Of a DNA stretch of 64,000 bases, positions 14,330 through 27,409 are shown piece by piece. The stretch covers positions 181,598,001 to 181,662,000 of the forward strand of contig OZ024741.1 of NCBI GenBank assembly GCA_964016885.1, written 5' to 3'. Below the pieces are notes generated by a model. The model made no database searches. It worked only from the letters and a program-made list of their open reading frames with translations, and was not told the origin of the DNA. The position numbers were made by a program, and so were the translations under genes. This DNA is from Eledone cirrhosa (Eukaryota). Position 1 is the first letter of the stretch. Each line of letters begins with the position of its first letter.

Positions 14330-14395
14330 AAGCTCTGTATTTCATCTGATGAGAGCGTACCAAAGTTTTGGTACCCTTGAAATATATATAATAGT
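14330..14395 (+). ncRNA. Hammerhead ribozyme (family B) at the PLE 3' end
   Basis: CTGATGA (14346), then stem II GAG.GTACCAAA/TTTGGTAC.CTT, then GAAA (14379) and TATA-TA. Stem I is weak. Confidence 0.7.
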
Positions 14396-14414
14396 AGTTT
14401 CCATTTATTAATAT

Positions 14415-14457
<43 letters not shown>

Positions 14458-14541
14458 AAAGTTATATTTAAATTGTTGGGTTACAACTAGTAAATATTTA
14501 TAACTGATATAAAAGCACTCGACAAGTATTTGGAGTATATT

Positions 14542-14908
14542 TACGATATTAAATAAATGGAAACTATATTTATAAAACCATATTTATTTCACTATATATA
14601 TTTCAGGGATATCATATTAACAATATGCTATGCCTTCCTCAGACAAAATACAATATAGACAGTTTTATAGATAAATAGATTTGACATACCGTTCAACATC
14701 GACTTGTATTTGAAAATCAACTGCCAAATCAACTTTTCAAATACAAGTCGATGTTGAACGGTATGTCAAATCTATTTATCTATAAAACTGTCTATATTGT
14801 ATTTTGTCTGAGGAAGGCATAGCATATTGTTAATATGATATCCCTGAAATATATATAGTGAAATAAATATGGTTTTATAAATATAGTTTCCATTTATTTA
14901 ATATCGTA
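14542..14908. repeat. 175-bp inverted repeat with 17-nt spacer; each arm carries a family-B HHR pointing outward
   Basis: Arms 14542-14716 and 14734-14908 are reverse complements, with no mismatch seen. CTGAGGA..GAAA-TATA-TA lies at 14808-14855 and its mirror at ~14595-14642. Confidence 0.9.
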
Positions 14909-14964
14909 TATATATATATATATATATTGTAAGTATGTATTAACTTGATATAGTAAAAAAAGTG

Positions 14965-15000
14965 TTTTTACTTTTCGGATATCATCCTTCATCAGAAGAT
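14965..15000 (-). ncRNA. Hammerhead-like core (family C), helix III degenerate
   Basis: CTGATGA-A-GGAT gat ATCC-GAAA-AGTA on the minus strand. Confidence 0.55.
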
Positions 15001-15255
15001 AGAATGAGAGATAGAAGAAGAAATGAAAAGATAGACAGTAGTAAGGAAGAAAGCACGTATTTATTTAGATAAGAGGAGCGTGAAGACAAGGATGAAGATT
15101 TCAGAAGTGTGCGCTGTCTGTGTGTATATATATATATAAACGGCTTGAATTCTGCCGTCGGGGTCATACCTTTTCCTATTACCCACTCTACTACCGTAAG
15201 TATTGAGTACTCTGGTGTATTATGGTCCATCTGGTTCCTTACCATAATTCCTTCG

Positions 15256-15311
<56 letters not shown>

Positions 15312-15394
15312 AAAAGGTAAACAGAAATAACAACACAATCGGTACAGTATATGGAAGGGATACATTATGTTAATGCTTGATATAGCAGGAAGAG

Positions 15395-15435
15395 GGTTTC
15401 AACGTTTCGGACGCTAGTCCTTCATCAGAAGAAAG
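15395..15435 (-). ncRNA. Minimal hammerhead ribozyme (family C)
   Basis: CTGATGA-A-GGAC tagc GTCC-GAAA-CG-TT; palindromic AACGTT helix III. Confidence 0.75.
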
Positions 15436-15465
15436 AATGAGAAATAAATAGATTGAGGGGATGTA

Positions 15466-15825
<360 letters not shown>

Positions 15826-16184
15826 GTGCGTGTGTGCGTGTGTGTAAGCGCGTGACTTCGTGATTAGAGTGTTTGGTTTGCGATCGCAAGGTTCAGTTCA
15901 ATTAGCTGGCAAAAATAATTTGCCTTTAGTTCCCAATGACCAGGCTTCTCACACACTGTGTCAAGCTGAATCTCCCTGAGAACCATATTAAGAGTACACG
16001 TTGCTGTGGAATGCTCATACACTTTCAACATTCATTTTAAAACCAGGCTGTTCTGACGTTCGAACAATTTAAACACTGCTCGGTGGAACTGCGTGTATGT
16101 ATGTATGTATGTATGTATGTATGTATGTATGTATGTATGTATGTATGTATGTATGTATGTATGTATGTATGTATGTATATATGT

Positions 16185-16819
16185 CAGGTCACCAGTTGGT
16201 GCTACTGGTAACATGTATCCCAGTACAACCTGTCTCATGGTCGGGTCGTTGGCGACTAAACTGGCAACCCCACCAAGGTTTCTTGGTGAGGAGGGTGACT
16301 TTGGACATCCTGCAGGACTAAAAACAAAACCTGTCAAAGGGCAAAGGAGCTCTTAAGAGTCAATGGCCATCCAAAATCACCGGGAGAGATGACCCCTTTA
16401 GCCTTAGTCAAGGCAGAATTCTAGGAGAAGGAAAACTCTGATATAACACCTGCAACCCTGATGGTATCCAATGATGTTGACTTGTTCTTCTTTTTGGTAA
16501 ATAGCATCTTGGTTAAGAGAGTGGGACTGGCTTTGTGCAGTGCCTTTGCTCACTATAAAAGCTTCACGGCACAGGCATTGCTTTATATCTGGAGATCTCT
16601 CTGCACTTGTCCTCACATGGGCCCAGCACTATGTGTCAATAATTGTCCTACCATGGGCCTAGCACTATGTGTCAATGATTGTCACAGGTGTAGTGTTTGT
16701 ACCAGAGGTTTCAAGTCGCTGGCTGGACTAAAAAGTCACACTCGTTCAGCGCTTCGGTAGGGGTTATCCTACATGGATGTAAAGTAGTGGCCGTACTCGA
16801 AAACGAGTTGGCAGCCACC
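16185..16819 (+). mobile_element. ~640-bp non-autonomous element, probably RTE-derived, embedded in (TATG)n
   Basis: Four near-identical copies in the window. Contains CTAGGAGAAGGAAAACTCTGA (RTE 5'UTR-like) and a C-terminal zinc-finger remnant CSVCTRGFKSLAGLKSHTRS. Confidence 0.7.
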
Positions 16820-17127
16820 ATGTATATATGTATGTATGTTTGTATGTATGTATGTATATATATGTATGTATATGTGTTTGTATGTACGAATGTATGCGTG
16901 CATGCATGTATGAATGCATGTATGCATGTATGTATGTGTGTATGTATGCATGTATGTATGAATGAATGTGTTTATCTATGTTTGAATGTATGCATGTAGG
17001 GAAGTATGTATTCATGCATACATATACGTATGTGTGTATGTATGTATGGAAGTATGTATATGTGTATGTATGTGTCTATAAGTATATATGTATGAATGTA
17101 TGTATGTATCTATGTATCTATATATAT

Positions 17128-17718
17128 GTCGGGTCACTCTTGAATGCTACTGGTAGTATGTAACCCAGTACAACATGTCACATGGTAGGGTCGTCGGTGA
17201 CTACACCGGCAACCCGACCAAGTTTACTTGTTGAGTCGAGTGATTTTGGACATCCTGCAGGACAAAAAATCCAAACCTGACAAAGGGCGGAAAAACGCAT
17301 AAGAGTCAACGGCTATCCATAAATGTGTACATATGTATGTATGCATGTATGTACGCATGTATACATGTGCATGCATATGTATGTATATGCACGCGTACAT
17401 AGAAATAATCGGGTTGGATATCCAATCGCGCGGTTAAACCACTGGGAGTGAAGGCTCCCTAGCCTTTGTCAGGGCATTCTTCTAGGAGAAGGCAACTCAG
17501 GAAACTGGGGTAACTCGGATATAAAACCTGCGGCTCAGTAGTTACCAATGATGTTGATCTGTTCTTCTTTCAGAGAGTGGGATTGGATCAGTGCACAGTC
17601 TTTCCTCTCTTTAAAAAAATCTTCACGCAGAGACATTGCACGATAGCATTAATTGATAATTATTAATAATGTTATATCATGCAATGGCCATACTCGATAA
17701 CGAGAGGGAAGCCATCAC
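17128..17718 (+). mobile_element. Older diverged relative of the RTE-derived element
   Basis: Collinear similarity: tgctactggt..cccagtacaac, ggacatcctgcaggac, tctaggagaagg, gagagtggga and tggcc.tactcga.aacgag. Confidence 0.7.
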
Positions 17719-17804
17719 ATATACATACATGTATGCTTGCATATATGTATGTATGAATGTATGTATGTAAGTATGTATGTATTTATGTATCTATCTATCT
17801 ATCT

Positions 17805-20800
17805 GGGATGGACACACGCGTGAAACTTGCTGGGTAAGTTCTGCCTAAATTTCTATAGAAATTCCTAACTGTGAACCTTCATTTTTATACCAACTTGTAG
17901 AGGGACTGCCATGTCAAATTTTGGTCTGGCCAGTCTCTCAAAATATTCTACGCCTTTAGGCGAAATAGTACATAAAAAGTTTTTTTTTTTGGAAAAGCTA
18001 ACATTTAAAAAAATGGCTGAAGCTTCTCCACCAACATTCGAAAGAGGAAAGGAGAAGATATGCTTACAGCTTCCCCCTGCCACTGTCATAGTAGCAGGTG
18101 TCAAAGACAAAGGTCAGCCAGAGGAAGAATTTTCTCCACCTGCTGACCGATAACTTGACGTTGCCATGGCAACAAACCAAAACAACACAACCAGCGGCAC
18201 CAACAACAGCAACAACAATAACAATGCTATGAATGAAAACACAACTTCACAAATGAATTCCGCAACCACAGATCAAGCAATTGAGAACTACAAAAACAAC
18301 AACAACAAAAAACAACAACAACGACAACAATGACAACAACAACAATAGCAACAATGATGACAACAACACCAACAGCAGCAACAATAATGACAACAACACC
18401 AACAAAAACAACTCCACAAACAAGGAAAAAATGGTTTCGTTTGCACAAACTGTCCAAAAGACAGAAATATATACACAGATTGACATCTCTAATGCCGGAG
18501 AATTGCTAAGAGAGACTGTCCTGAAAACCATAGGTTTTAGGACAATCTCAAATACCACCAGAAAACGAGTTCAATTAACTCAAAACGAAATTGAGCTGGT
18601 TCTAAGAAACTCCATACAGAAGGGAAAACTCTTCGGTAGTTTATCAATAATAATGAAAGACCAATTGACGGCACATAAATATTCTGTGTTGCCAATTGTG
18701 TCGCTCCTCTACACATTTTTCCCCACATACATGGGAAAAAGGACCCCAAAAATAAAAGTAACAAATATCACACCAAATGTAAACATCTGGTGGATATTAG
18801 CTGGTTTCATCAATTTTGATGAAGATACAGTAATTTCGGTAGGAAAGTACTCCAGGGGCATATTCAACGGTACAAGCTTAGAAGTTCTGGTCCAAATGAG
18901 ACCAGAACGGATAGCTAGAATACCACAACGTGTGCCTCTGGATGGAAATTCCTACATAACCATTTCTGTTGAGGGCCTTCATGTTACCACTGTTTAAGCA
19001 GTTTAACTGCATTAAAAAAAGGCACTACTGCCGACACCCAACAACACAATCACCACCACCACCACCACCACCACAACAACAACAACAACACACAAAAACA
19101 AACCAAACTGCAAACACAGTCCCACACAACCCCTCTCCACCTAAAACAACTCCAGAAACACCCACACACATAATAGCTCCCTAAAATGTACCCCTCCCCA
19201 ACAATACGGATGAGGCCTCATCATCGTCACCCAGTGACGATGAGGGAGAGCCTTTCCGACCAGTAAAAAGAAAAAAAAAAGACATAACACAAACAAAAAT
19301 GCAACAAACACACAAACACCAATAGAAGCGACGCAAACAGCACAAATACCTAAAACAAACACAAAAGCACCCGCAACCACAACAAAACCCCAAAATATAC
19401 CCCTCCCCAACAACACGGACGAGGACCCCTTATCAACGTCACCCAGTGACGACGAGGGAGAAACCTTTCAACCAGTAAAAAGAAAGAAAAAAAAGCACCA
19501 CATTAACAAAAATGCAACAACCACACAACCACCAGCACAAACAGAACAAACATCACAAACAAAAAACCCCACCCCTCCTGAAAACAAAACACCTACTACA
19601 AAACGTAAAAACACACAAGAACCACAAAAAAAGCAACACAACACAACAAAAATGTTACACCTACATAAATGCTAACAATAAAACTTTAACTGGCACCATA
19701 TATAAAAACTTTTACACACTCTTCGGAGAATCTTCGTCTACCCTACGAATTTTACGTAGCAATGCCGGACTTGTTCTCCGGTCTCCTGGAAGCGGTATAC
19801 TGCAACTGGCAGCAGAACGGGAGAATTCCTAGTTCTGTGACCAAGGGCGTAATCACGTTAGTCAGGAAGGACGAGAAGAAGAGGGATGGCATCGGCAACT
19901 TCCGGCCCATAACTCTGCTCAACACAGAGTTACAGATTTTGGCCAAGGTGTTGGCAAAGAGGCTGGCGCGTGTCGTCGAAAACCTGGTGGGAGAAGCGCA
20001 GACATTCGCAATCCCGACCAGGTCCATACACGACAACCTCCACCTCATGCGATACATCATAGAGAGGGTTAGGTGTAAACCCGGCTTCGATGGGGCCCTG
20101 ATTAACTTGGATCAGTCTAAGGCTTTCGATAGAGTTGACCATCGTTACCTGGTTGCAGTGCTCGAGGCGGCAGGCTTCGGACCCGTGTTTAGGGGCTGGA
20201 TTGCTGCAATGCACAACAGCAACATTTGCTCAAGGGTCAAGGCGAACGGCTACCTCTCGGAGCCGTTCCATATCACGCGATCCATCCGACAGGGATGCCC
20301 TCTCTCCTTCCTTCTGTACGTACTGACTCTCGAGCCACTACTGCGGAAGTTGGAGCTATTGGAGCGTATCCCTTTGGAATCGGGACTGCGAAAAGCGACG
20401 TCGGCCTACGCCGACGACTTGACAGTAATGGTGTTGAGCACCTAGCAAATCGGGGAGATCGGCACCTTACTGAAGGAATACGAAAGTTTAACAGGACGAA
20501 GCTGAACCGGGACAAATCCGTCGGTTTGCAACTCGGAACGTGGAGAGGCAAACTGATGCCTTCCGATGGCGTCGTTGGACACTGGACGGATGGACCGGTA
20601 AAGCTGCTCGGGGTCTGGTTTGGTCCGGACCTCCAGGTGGAGAAGAACTGGAATGAGGTGAAGGCCAAGGTGTTTGCGCTCACCCAGAAGTGGGCCGAGT
20701 GCAAACTATCCTTGAAAGGTCGAGCGGAGGTGGCGAACACTTTTATAGCGTCCGTCATCTACTACCGCTTCACCGTCGTGCCTTGTCCCGCCAAAACGCT

Positions 20801-22012
20801 CACCAAAATGGAGCGCGCGCTCTTCCAATTCCTTTGGAAGAAACGGGCTCCTTTGGTGAGAAGATCCATCTGCTGCCAACACCCTTAAAACGGAGGGTTG
20901 GGGATGCCGTGGCTGACGATGCGCAAACACGCGCTCAGGCTGCGGTACCTCCACGTATTCCTTACCAGACAACCGCTGTGGGCCCCGTTCGTGAGGCGAG
21001 CCTTCCCACGACTCGTCTCGCTGACCGAGCTGCAGTCCTGGGTCAACAAAAGACCGACGAAAATGGGCGACTGGCACATCGAATGTGCTCAGGCGTTCAC
21101 AGTCCTCTGGCAAACGGACCCGGTGATCAGTGGAGACTCCACTTCGACATTCTATAGAGGGTTGGTCCGCAGCAAGTGCGACGACACGCTCGGAGAAACT
21201 CTAAGCGTAGAGGAGAACGAACTGGCCAGTCTGTTCGGTAGGACCTTCCGCCCGGGACCAATTGACAACTTCCAAAAGTCCCTGGCCTGGCAGTGCTACC
21301 GAGGAGCTCTACCAGTTCGAGACAAGCTCTAAGGGACCCTTCGAAAAAGATCTGTCTGAATTGCGTGCGCGACGAGGAAACCGTTGCGCACACATTTGTA
21401 CATTGCCCGGGCGTTCCCGACCTGTGGGACTATGTAGAACGACTATTGTCTCGGGTGGGACCAATCCAGTTGACCACCGAGTCCATTGTCATGATCAAAC
21501 CGCCACCCTCCTTCAAAAACAAGGGAGAGGCGGTTTTCCTATGTGTTATGGCTATGGCGAAAGAGGTTATATGGTGGACGAGGTTAAAAGGACTGAGGTC
21601 AGACACCTTTCTCTCCGGCGAGCAACTGATTCGTATTTTCAAATATCATTTTGGAAGAAGAATAAGGATGGAGAGAAAGGTGCTGTACCCCAGCAAATTT
21701 GATAAAAGGTGGGTGAATGTGGCAAAGATGGCCCGTGTGGTTGGGCCTTCTCTCTATATAAGCCTGTAGGTTGAGGAAAAAGAGAAAAAGAGAAAAAGAG
21801 GAAGGGAGTACTCACTCTTGGTGCTCCTGGAGATGAGGGTTGTACATTTTTTCGCGGTGTGTACAACCCCTGTGTAACACCTCCCCTCTATTGGGGATAT
21901 CAATTGTTATTTGTTATTTTATTAATAGTTTTATTTTCATATACTTGTATGTAAACTCCCTATTTGTATTTGTCCCCTTCTTTTGTGCCCTTGTGGCTAA
22001 TAAAGAAATTTA
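17805..22012 (+). mobile_element. Tx1/L1-clade LINE: degenerate ORF1 joined to RT and zinc finger, with no APE endonuclease; flanked by (TATC)n
   Basis: ORF1-like 18281-18997 (KIKVTNI..ISVEG, then frameshifted CYHC). RT starts at ~19738 (LPYEFY, NFRPITLLN, LDQSKAFD, RQGCPLS, YADD); CLNC..EETVAH..HC follows. The 3' end is AATAAAGAAATTTATCTATC. Confidence 0.8.
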
Positions 22013-22139
22013 TCTATCTATATATGAATATATCGATAATAGTTTTAGGAATATTTTCTAAGTATCATGGGTCGCTGGTACTAATCCTATTTCCAGGATC
22101 TGCTAATATTATATATGGCTAATTTCGCCTCACTGAATT

Positions 22140-22492
<353 letters not shown>

Positions 22493-22686
22493 CACCACAC
22501 CACTGCATTTTCTGCTACTCTTATCCAAAGTCTGTTTATGGTTCCTAGCTTGGCCAGTGCTTCCATAGCTACAGCATTCAAACATAGCTGCGATCGCCAC
22601 TGTTTAGTAGACACCTTATATAACGTAGAGTGAAGCACACACACACACACATACACATACACACACACACATACACATACACACAC

Positions 22687-22717
<31 letters not shown>

Positions 22718-22867
22718 TACACACACACACATACAAATACACACATACACACACAGTATTGATTAATTATTCACTCGCTGTCCGCTGCTAGTTGTGAGCC
22801 ATCCATCCATCCTTCTATCCATCACCTATCCATCATTTCATCGACTTATTCCTCCTTCTGTCCAGCG

Positions 22868-23000
<133 letters not shown>

Positions 23001-23223
23001 GAGGAGAGGATAGGAGTACAAACTCTTCGTACTCCTGGAGATGAGGGTTGCACATTTTTTCGGGGGCATGTGTTACCCATATAAACTCTCTCCCCCTATT
23101 GGGGAAAATCGACTAATTTTTTTAATTGCATTTGTGATAACATTTTACACGTTTTTATTGTATGTAAACTTCCCCTTTGTATTTGTCCCCTTCTTTTGTG
23201 CCCCTGTGGCTAATAAAGAAACA
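23001..23223 (+). mobile_element. Tx1 3'UTR-only insertion in (TATC)n
   Basis: Homologous to 21795-22012 (ctcctggagatgagggttg..gtggctaataaagaaa). Confidence 0.85.
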
Positions 23224-23270
<47 letters not shown>

Positions 23271-23364
23271 ATTTTATTAATAGTTTTATTTTCATATACC
23301 TGTATGTAAACTCCCCATTTGTATTTGTCCCCTTCTTTTGTGCCCTTGTGGCTAATAAAGAAAT

Positions 23365-23365
<1 letters not shown>
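23271..23365 (+). mobile_element. 95-bp Tx1 extreme 3' insertion in (TATC)n
   Basis: Near-identical to ~21915-22012. Confidence 0.85.
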
Positions 23366-23426
<61 letters not shown>

Positions 23427-25495
23427 GGTGGGAGATGCGCAGACATGCGCTATCCCGTCCAGGTCCATCCATGACAACCTCCACCTCATGCGATACATCA
23501 TATTGAGGGTTGGGAACGAACCCGGCTTTGGTGGGGCTCTGATCAACTTGGATCAATCTAAGGCGTTCGATAGGGTCGACCATGGTTACCTGGATGCGGT
23601 GCTAGCGGCGGCAGGCTTCGGACCCGTTTTCAGGGGCTGGATCACTGCTATGCACAGCAGCCGCATCTGCTCTAGGGTCAAGGTGAACGGCTACCTCTCG
23701 GAGCCGTTCAAAATCGCGCGGTCCATCCGACAAGGGTGCCCTCTCTCCTCCCTTCTGTATGTGTTGACTCTCGAGCCACTACTGCGGAAGTTGGAGTTGT
23801 TGCAGGGCATCCCTTTGGAACCGGGATTGCGGAAAGCGGTGTCGGCCTACGCCGATGACGTGACAGTAATGGTGTCGACGGCCTCCGAAATCGAGGCGGT
23901 CGGCACCTTACTGGAGGAGTACGAAAAGTTCACAGGGGCTAAGCTGAACCGGGACAAGTCGATCGGTTTGCAACTCGGCACGTGGAGGGGCAGACCGATG
24001 CCCTCCGATGGCGTCGTCGGACGCTGGACGGAGGGCCCGGTGAAGTTGCTCGGGGTCTGGTTCGGACCGGACCTCCAGGTGGAGAAAAACTGGGCGGAGG
24101 TTACGAACAGGGTGTTTGCACTGACCCAGAAGTGGGCCAGTTGCAAACTATCCCTGAAAGGTCGGGCGGAGGTGGCGAACACCTACATAGCGTCCGTCAT
24201 CTACTACCGCCTGACCGTAGTGCCCTGCCCAAGGGAAACCCTCACCAAGATGGAGCGCGCGCTCTTCCAATTCCTTTGGAAGAGGCGGGCTCCTATGGTG
24301 AGGAGATCCATCTGCTGTCAACACCCTTCGAAAGGAGGGCTGGGGATGCCGTGGCTAATGATGCGTAAACACGCATTAAGGCTACGGCACCTCTACGTAT
24401 TCCTCACCGGACAACCGGTGTGGGCCTCGTTTGTGAGACGAACCTTTCCCAGACTCGTCTCACTCACCGAGCTGCAATCCTGGGTCAAGCAAAGACCGAG
24501 AAAACTGGGCGCCTGGCACACTGAGTGTGCCCAGGCGCTCACCGCCCTCTGGCAGGCGGATCCGGTTATCAGTGGAGACTCCACCGCAACATTCTATAGA
24601 GGGCTGGTACGCAACAGGTGCGACGACGCCCTCGGAGAAGCCCTAGACATGGAGGAGGACGAACTGGCCAGCCTGTTCGGTAGGACATTCAGCCCGGGAC
24701 CTATGGATAACTTCCAGAAGTCCCTGGCTTGGCAGTGCTACCGAGGGGCTTTACCCGTTCGAGAAAGGCTCTACAGACACGGGCGCCCGGGTAGGGACCC
24801 CGCCAAAAAGATCTGTCCCAGATGCGTGTGCGACGAGGAAACCGTTGCACACGCATTGGTACACTGCTCGGGCGTAGCCGATCTGTGGGGCTATGTCGAA
24901 CAACTGCTGTCAAGGGTGGGACCGATCCGGTTGACCACCGAGTCTATTGTAATGATCAAGCCGCCTCCCCCCTTCAAAGATGAAGCAGAGGCGGTGTTTC
25001 TGTGCGTAATAGCCATGGCGAAAGAGATTGTATGGTGGACGCGTCTGAAAGGACTGAGGTCAGGCACCTTTCTCTCTGGCCAACAACTGGTCCGTTTCTT
25101 CCGATATCATTTCGGAAGAAGGATCAGGATGGAGAGAGAGGTGCTGCACCCCAGCCGTTTCTATGAAAGATGGGTGAAAGTGGCGAGAAGGGTCCGTGTG
25201 AATGGGCCTTCACTCTACATCAGACTATAGGTGAGGAAGATGAAAGACCAAGGGAGCACCCCTTCTCTGTGCTCCTGAGGAGAAGGGTTGCACACTTTTT
25301 TCGGGGGTGTGTGCGACCCCCCCAAGGCGCCTCCTCTCTATTGAGGATTCTGTTAAAAATTTTATTTATTGTTATATCTTATTTTATTTTTATATTTTGT
25401 TATTGCCTCCTCCTTATTGAGGACGCCTTTTTGTGTAAACTCCCCCCTTTGTACTTGTCCCACTTTTGATGCCCTAGTGGCAAATAAAAGAAACA
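23427..25495 (+). mobile_element. 5'-truncated Tx1-clade LINE in (TATC)n
   Basis: Flanked on both sides by perfect (TATC)n; paralogous to 19985-22012. Confidence 0.9.
23428..25230 (+). CDS. Uninterrupted 600-codon reverse transcriptase plus zinc-binding C-terminus (5'-truncated LINE ORF2, no true start codon)
   Basis: LDQSKAFDRV, RQGCPLS, YADD, LLGV, GGLG and CPRC..EETVAHALVHC. Confidence 0.85.
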   Translation: MGDAQTCAIPSRSIHDNLHLMRYIILRVGNEPGFGGALINLDQSKAFDRVDHGYLDAVLAAAGFGPVFRGWITAMHSSRICSRVKVNGYLSEPFKIARSIRQGCPLSSLLYVLTLEPLLRKLELLQGIPLEPGLRKAVSAYADDVTVMVSTASEIEAVGTLLEEYEKFTGAKLNRDKSIGLQLGTWRGRPMPSDGVVGRWTEGPVKLLGVWFGPDLQVEKNWAEVTNRVFALTQKWASCKLSLKGRAEVANTYIASVIYYRLTVVPCPRETLTKMERALFQFLWKRRAPMVRRSICCQHPSKGGLGMPWLMMRKHALRLRHLYVFLTGQPVWASFVRRTFPRLVSLTELQSWVKQRPRKLGAWHTECAQALTALWQADPVISGDSTATFYRGLVRNRCDDALGEALDMEEDELASLFGRTFSPGPMDNFQKSLAWQCYRGALPVRERLYRHGRPGRDPAKKICPRCVCDEETVAHALVHCSGVADLWGYVEQLLSRVGPIRLTTESIVMIKPPPPFKDEAEAVFLCVIAMAKEIVWWTRLKGLRSGTFLSGQQLVRFFRYHFGRRIRMEREVLHPSRFYERWVKVARRVRVNGPSLYIRL

Positions 25496-25570
<75 letters not shown>

Positions 25571-26360
25571 TCTTCATTTACTGTAGAAATGACTTCTACA
25601 GTTCTAGAAAAGTCTCATTCGTAAGAAATCCTCATACATATATATGTATGTATGTATATATGTATATATGTTTATATGTATATATGCATGCATGTATGTA
25701 TGTATGTATGTATGTATGTATGTATGTATGTATGTATGTATGTATGTGTGTGTGTGTGTATATATATATACATATACATACACACACACATATATATATA
25801 TATACTCACACCTGTATATAGATGACTGACTATATATCTCTGTCTACCGGTTTCAGTGTCCATCAATGGATTCCTTTTTATTACCACTATCGCTCATTCT
25901 GCCCATATTCAGCTATCATCTTTATGTACATGTATATCTACATCTTTACCTATCACATCTCATGAACCCCTTAGTTATTGTTATTTTTATTGTGAGTAAT
26001 TCATCTGTGGTCGATATAATAAAGATCAGTCAAGTACTGGATCTATATAAGCGAATTATCTCCCCTTAATCCATAAATTGTTGGCCTTGTGCCTAAATTA
26101 GTAACCATTATTACTATTATCTGAGTTCAAATCCCGCCGAGGTTGACTTTGCCTTTCATCCTTTCGGGGTCGATAAAATAAAGTACCAGTAATGCACTGG
26201 GTAATTTCTGGCCTTGTGCCTAAAGTAGAAACAATTATTACTATTACTTATCGTATTATTTTATTTTCTGTATGTATGTATGTATGTATGTATGTATGTA
26301 TGTATGTATGTATGTATGTATGTATGTATGTATGTATGTATGTATGTGTGTATAATTGTA

Positions 26361-26920
26361 TGTCTCATGGTCGGGTCGTTTGCGACTAAACTGGCAACCC
26401 CACCAAGGTTTCTTGGTGAGGAGGGTGACTTTGGACATCCTGCAGGACTAAAAACAAAACCTGTGAAAGGGCAAAGGAGCTCTTAAAAGTCAATGGCCAT
26501 CCAAAATCACCGTGAGAGATGACCTCTTAGCCTTTGTCAAGGCAGAATTCTAGGAGAAGGAAAACTCTGATATAACACCTGCAACCCTGATGGTATCCAA
26601 TGATGTTGACTTGTTCTTCTTGTTGGTAAATATCATCTTGGTTAAGAGAGTGGGACTGGCTTTGTGCAGTGCTTTTGCTCACTATAAAAGCTTCACGGCA
26701 CAGGCATTGCTTTATATCTGGAGATCTCTCTGCACTTGTCGTCACATGGTACCATGGGCCCAGCACTATGTGTCAATAATTGTCACAAGTGTATTGTTTG
26801 TACCAGAGTTTTCAAGTCGCTGGCTGCACTAAAAAGTCACACTTGTTCAGCGCATCGGTAGGGGTTCTCCTACATGGATATAAAGTAGTGGCCGTACTCG
26901 AAAACGAGTTGGCAGCCACC
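26361..26920 (+). mobile_element. RTE-derived non-autonomous element, slightly 5'-truncated
   Basis: Matches 16232-16819 and follows (TATG)n. Confidence 0.8.
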
Positions 26921-27409
26921 ATGTGTATATGTATGTGCGCATATTTGTATGTATATATTTGTGTATATGTGTATGTATATATGTGTTTGTATGTTCTTCT
27001 GGTTTTATAATTTCACAAATTTTTACTAATAGAGAGAGAATCGGTTTCTAACATAGACACAATACTCTCTCATTGGAATTTACACATCAACTAGGTAGAT
27101 TATGTATGCATGTCTGCATGCATGCATGTGTAGATATGGATGTTATTGTATCTGTGGATGTTTATGTTTTGAGTTGTATGTGTGCATGTTTTGTGTGCAT
27201 CTTTTGAGTTGTATATGCTTTGTATCTGTACATGTGTATATGCAGTTATTAGATGCAACATTTTTTGGAATGTTTTACATATTTTTACTGTTCCATTAAT
27301 GGATTTTACTTGTAATTTCCTAACTAGTTGTGTTCTTTCTGTTCCTGTGAAGCCTAGCTTCTCAAGATTGTATTGAGGCAGTTACTAACATACACCATTA
27401 CGCCAATAA

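Larger units (their letters stand above)
10711..14420 (+). mobile_element. Near full-length Penelope-like element (RT, Cys-rich linker, GIY-YIG, 3' UTR, terminal HHR), disrupted
   Basis: KKLRWRAFHF; PVRLIAP.KSDLG; MDIANYYP; MGSSDSAQVTDLVGL; LYRDD; NFLDVTLNL; SNHP; CNCR..CPL..CL; YYIGAT..FKERWYNH; CHLCIEE; SSCRH (to ~13110). Confidence 0.9.

Noticed and set aside
16093-16356. Recurrent peptide PPRFLGEEGDFGHPAGLKTKPVKGQRSS suggesting a gene family
   Set aside because: It comes from the dispersed RTE-derived repeat, and the start codons lie in (TATG)n.
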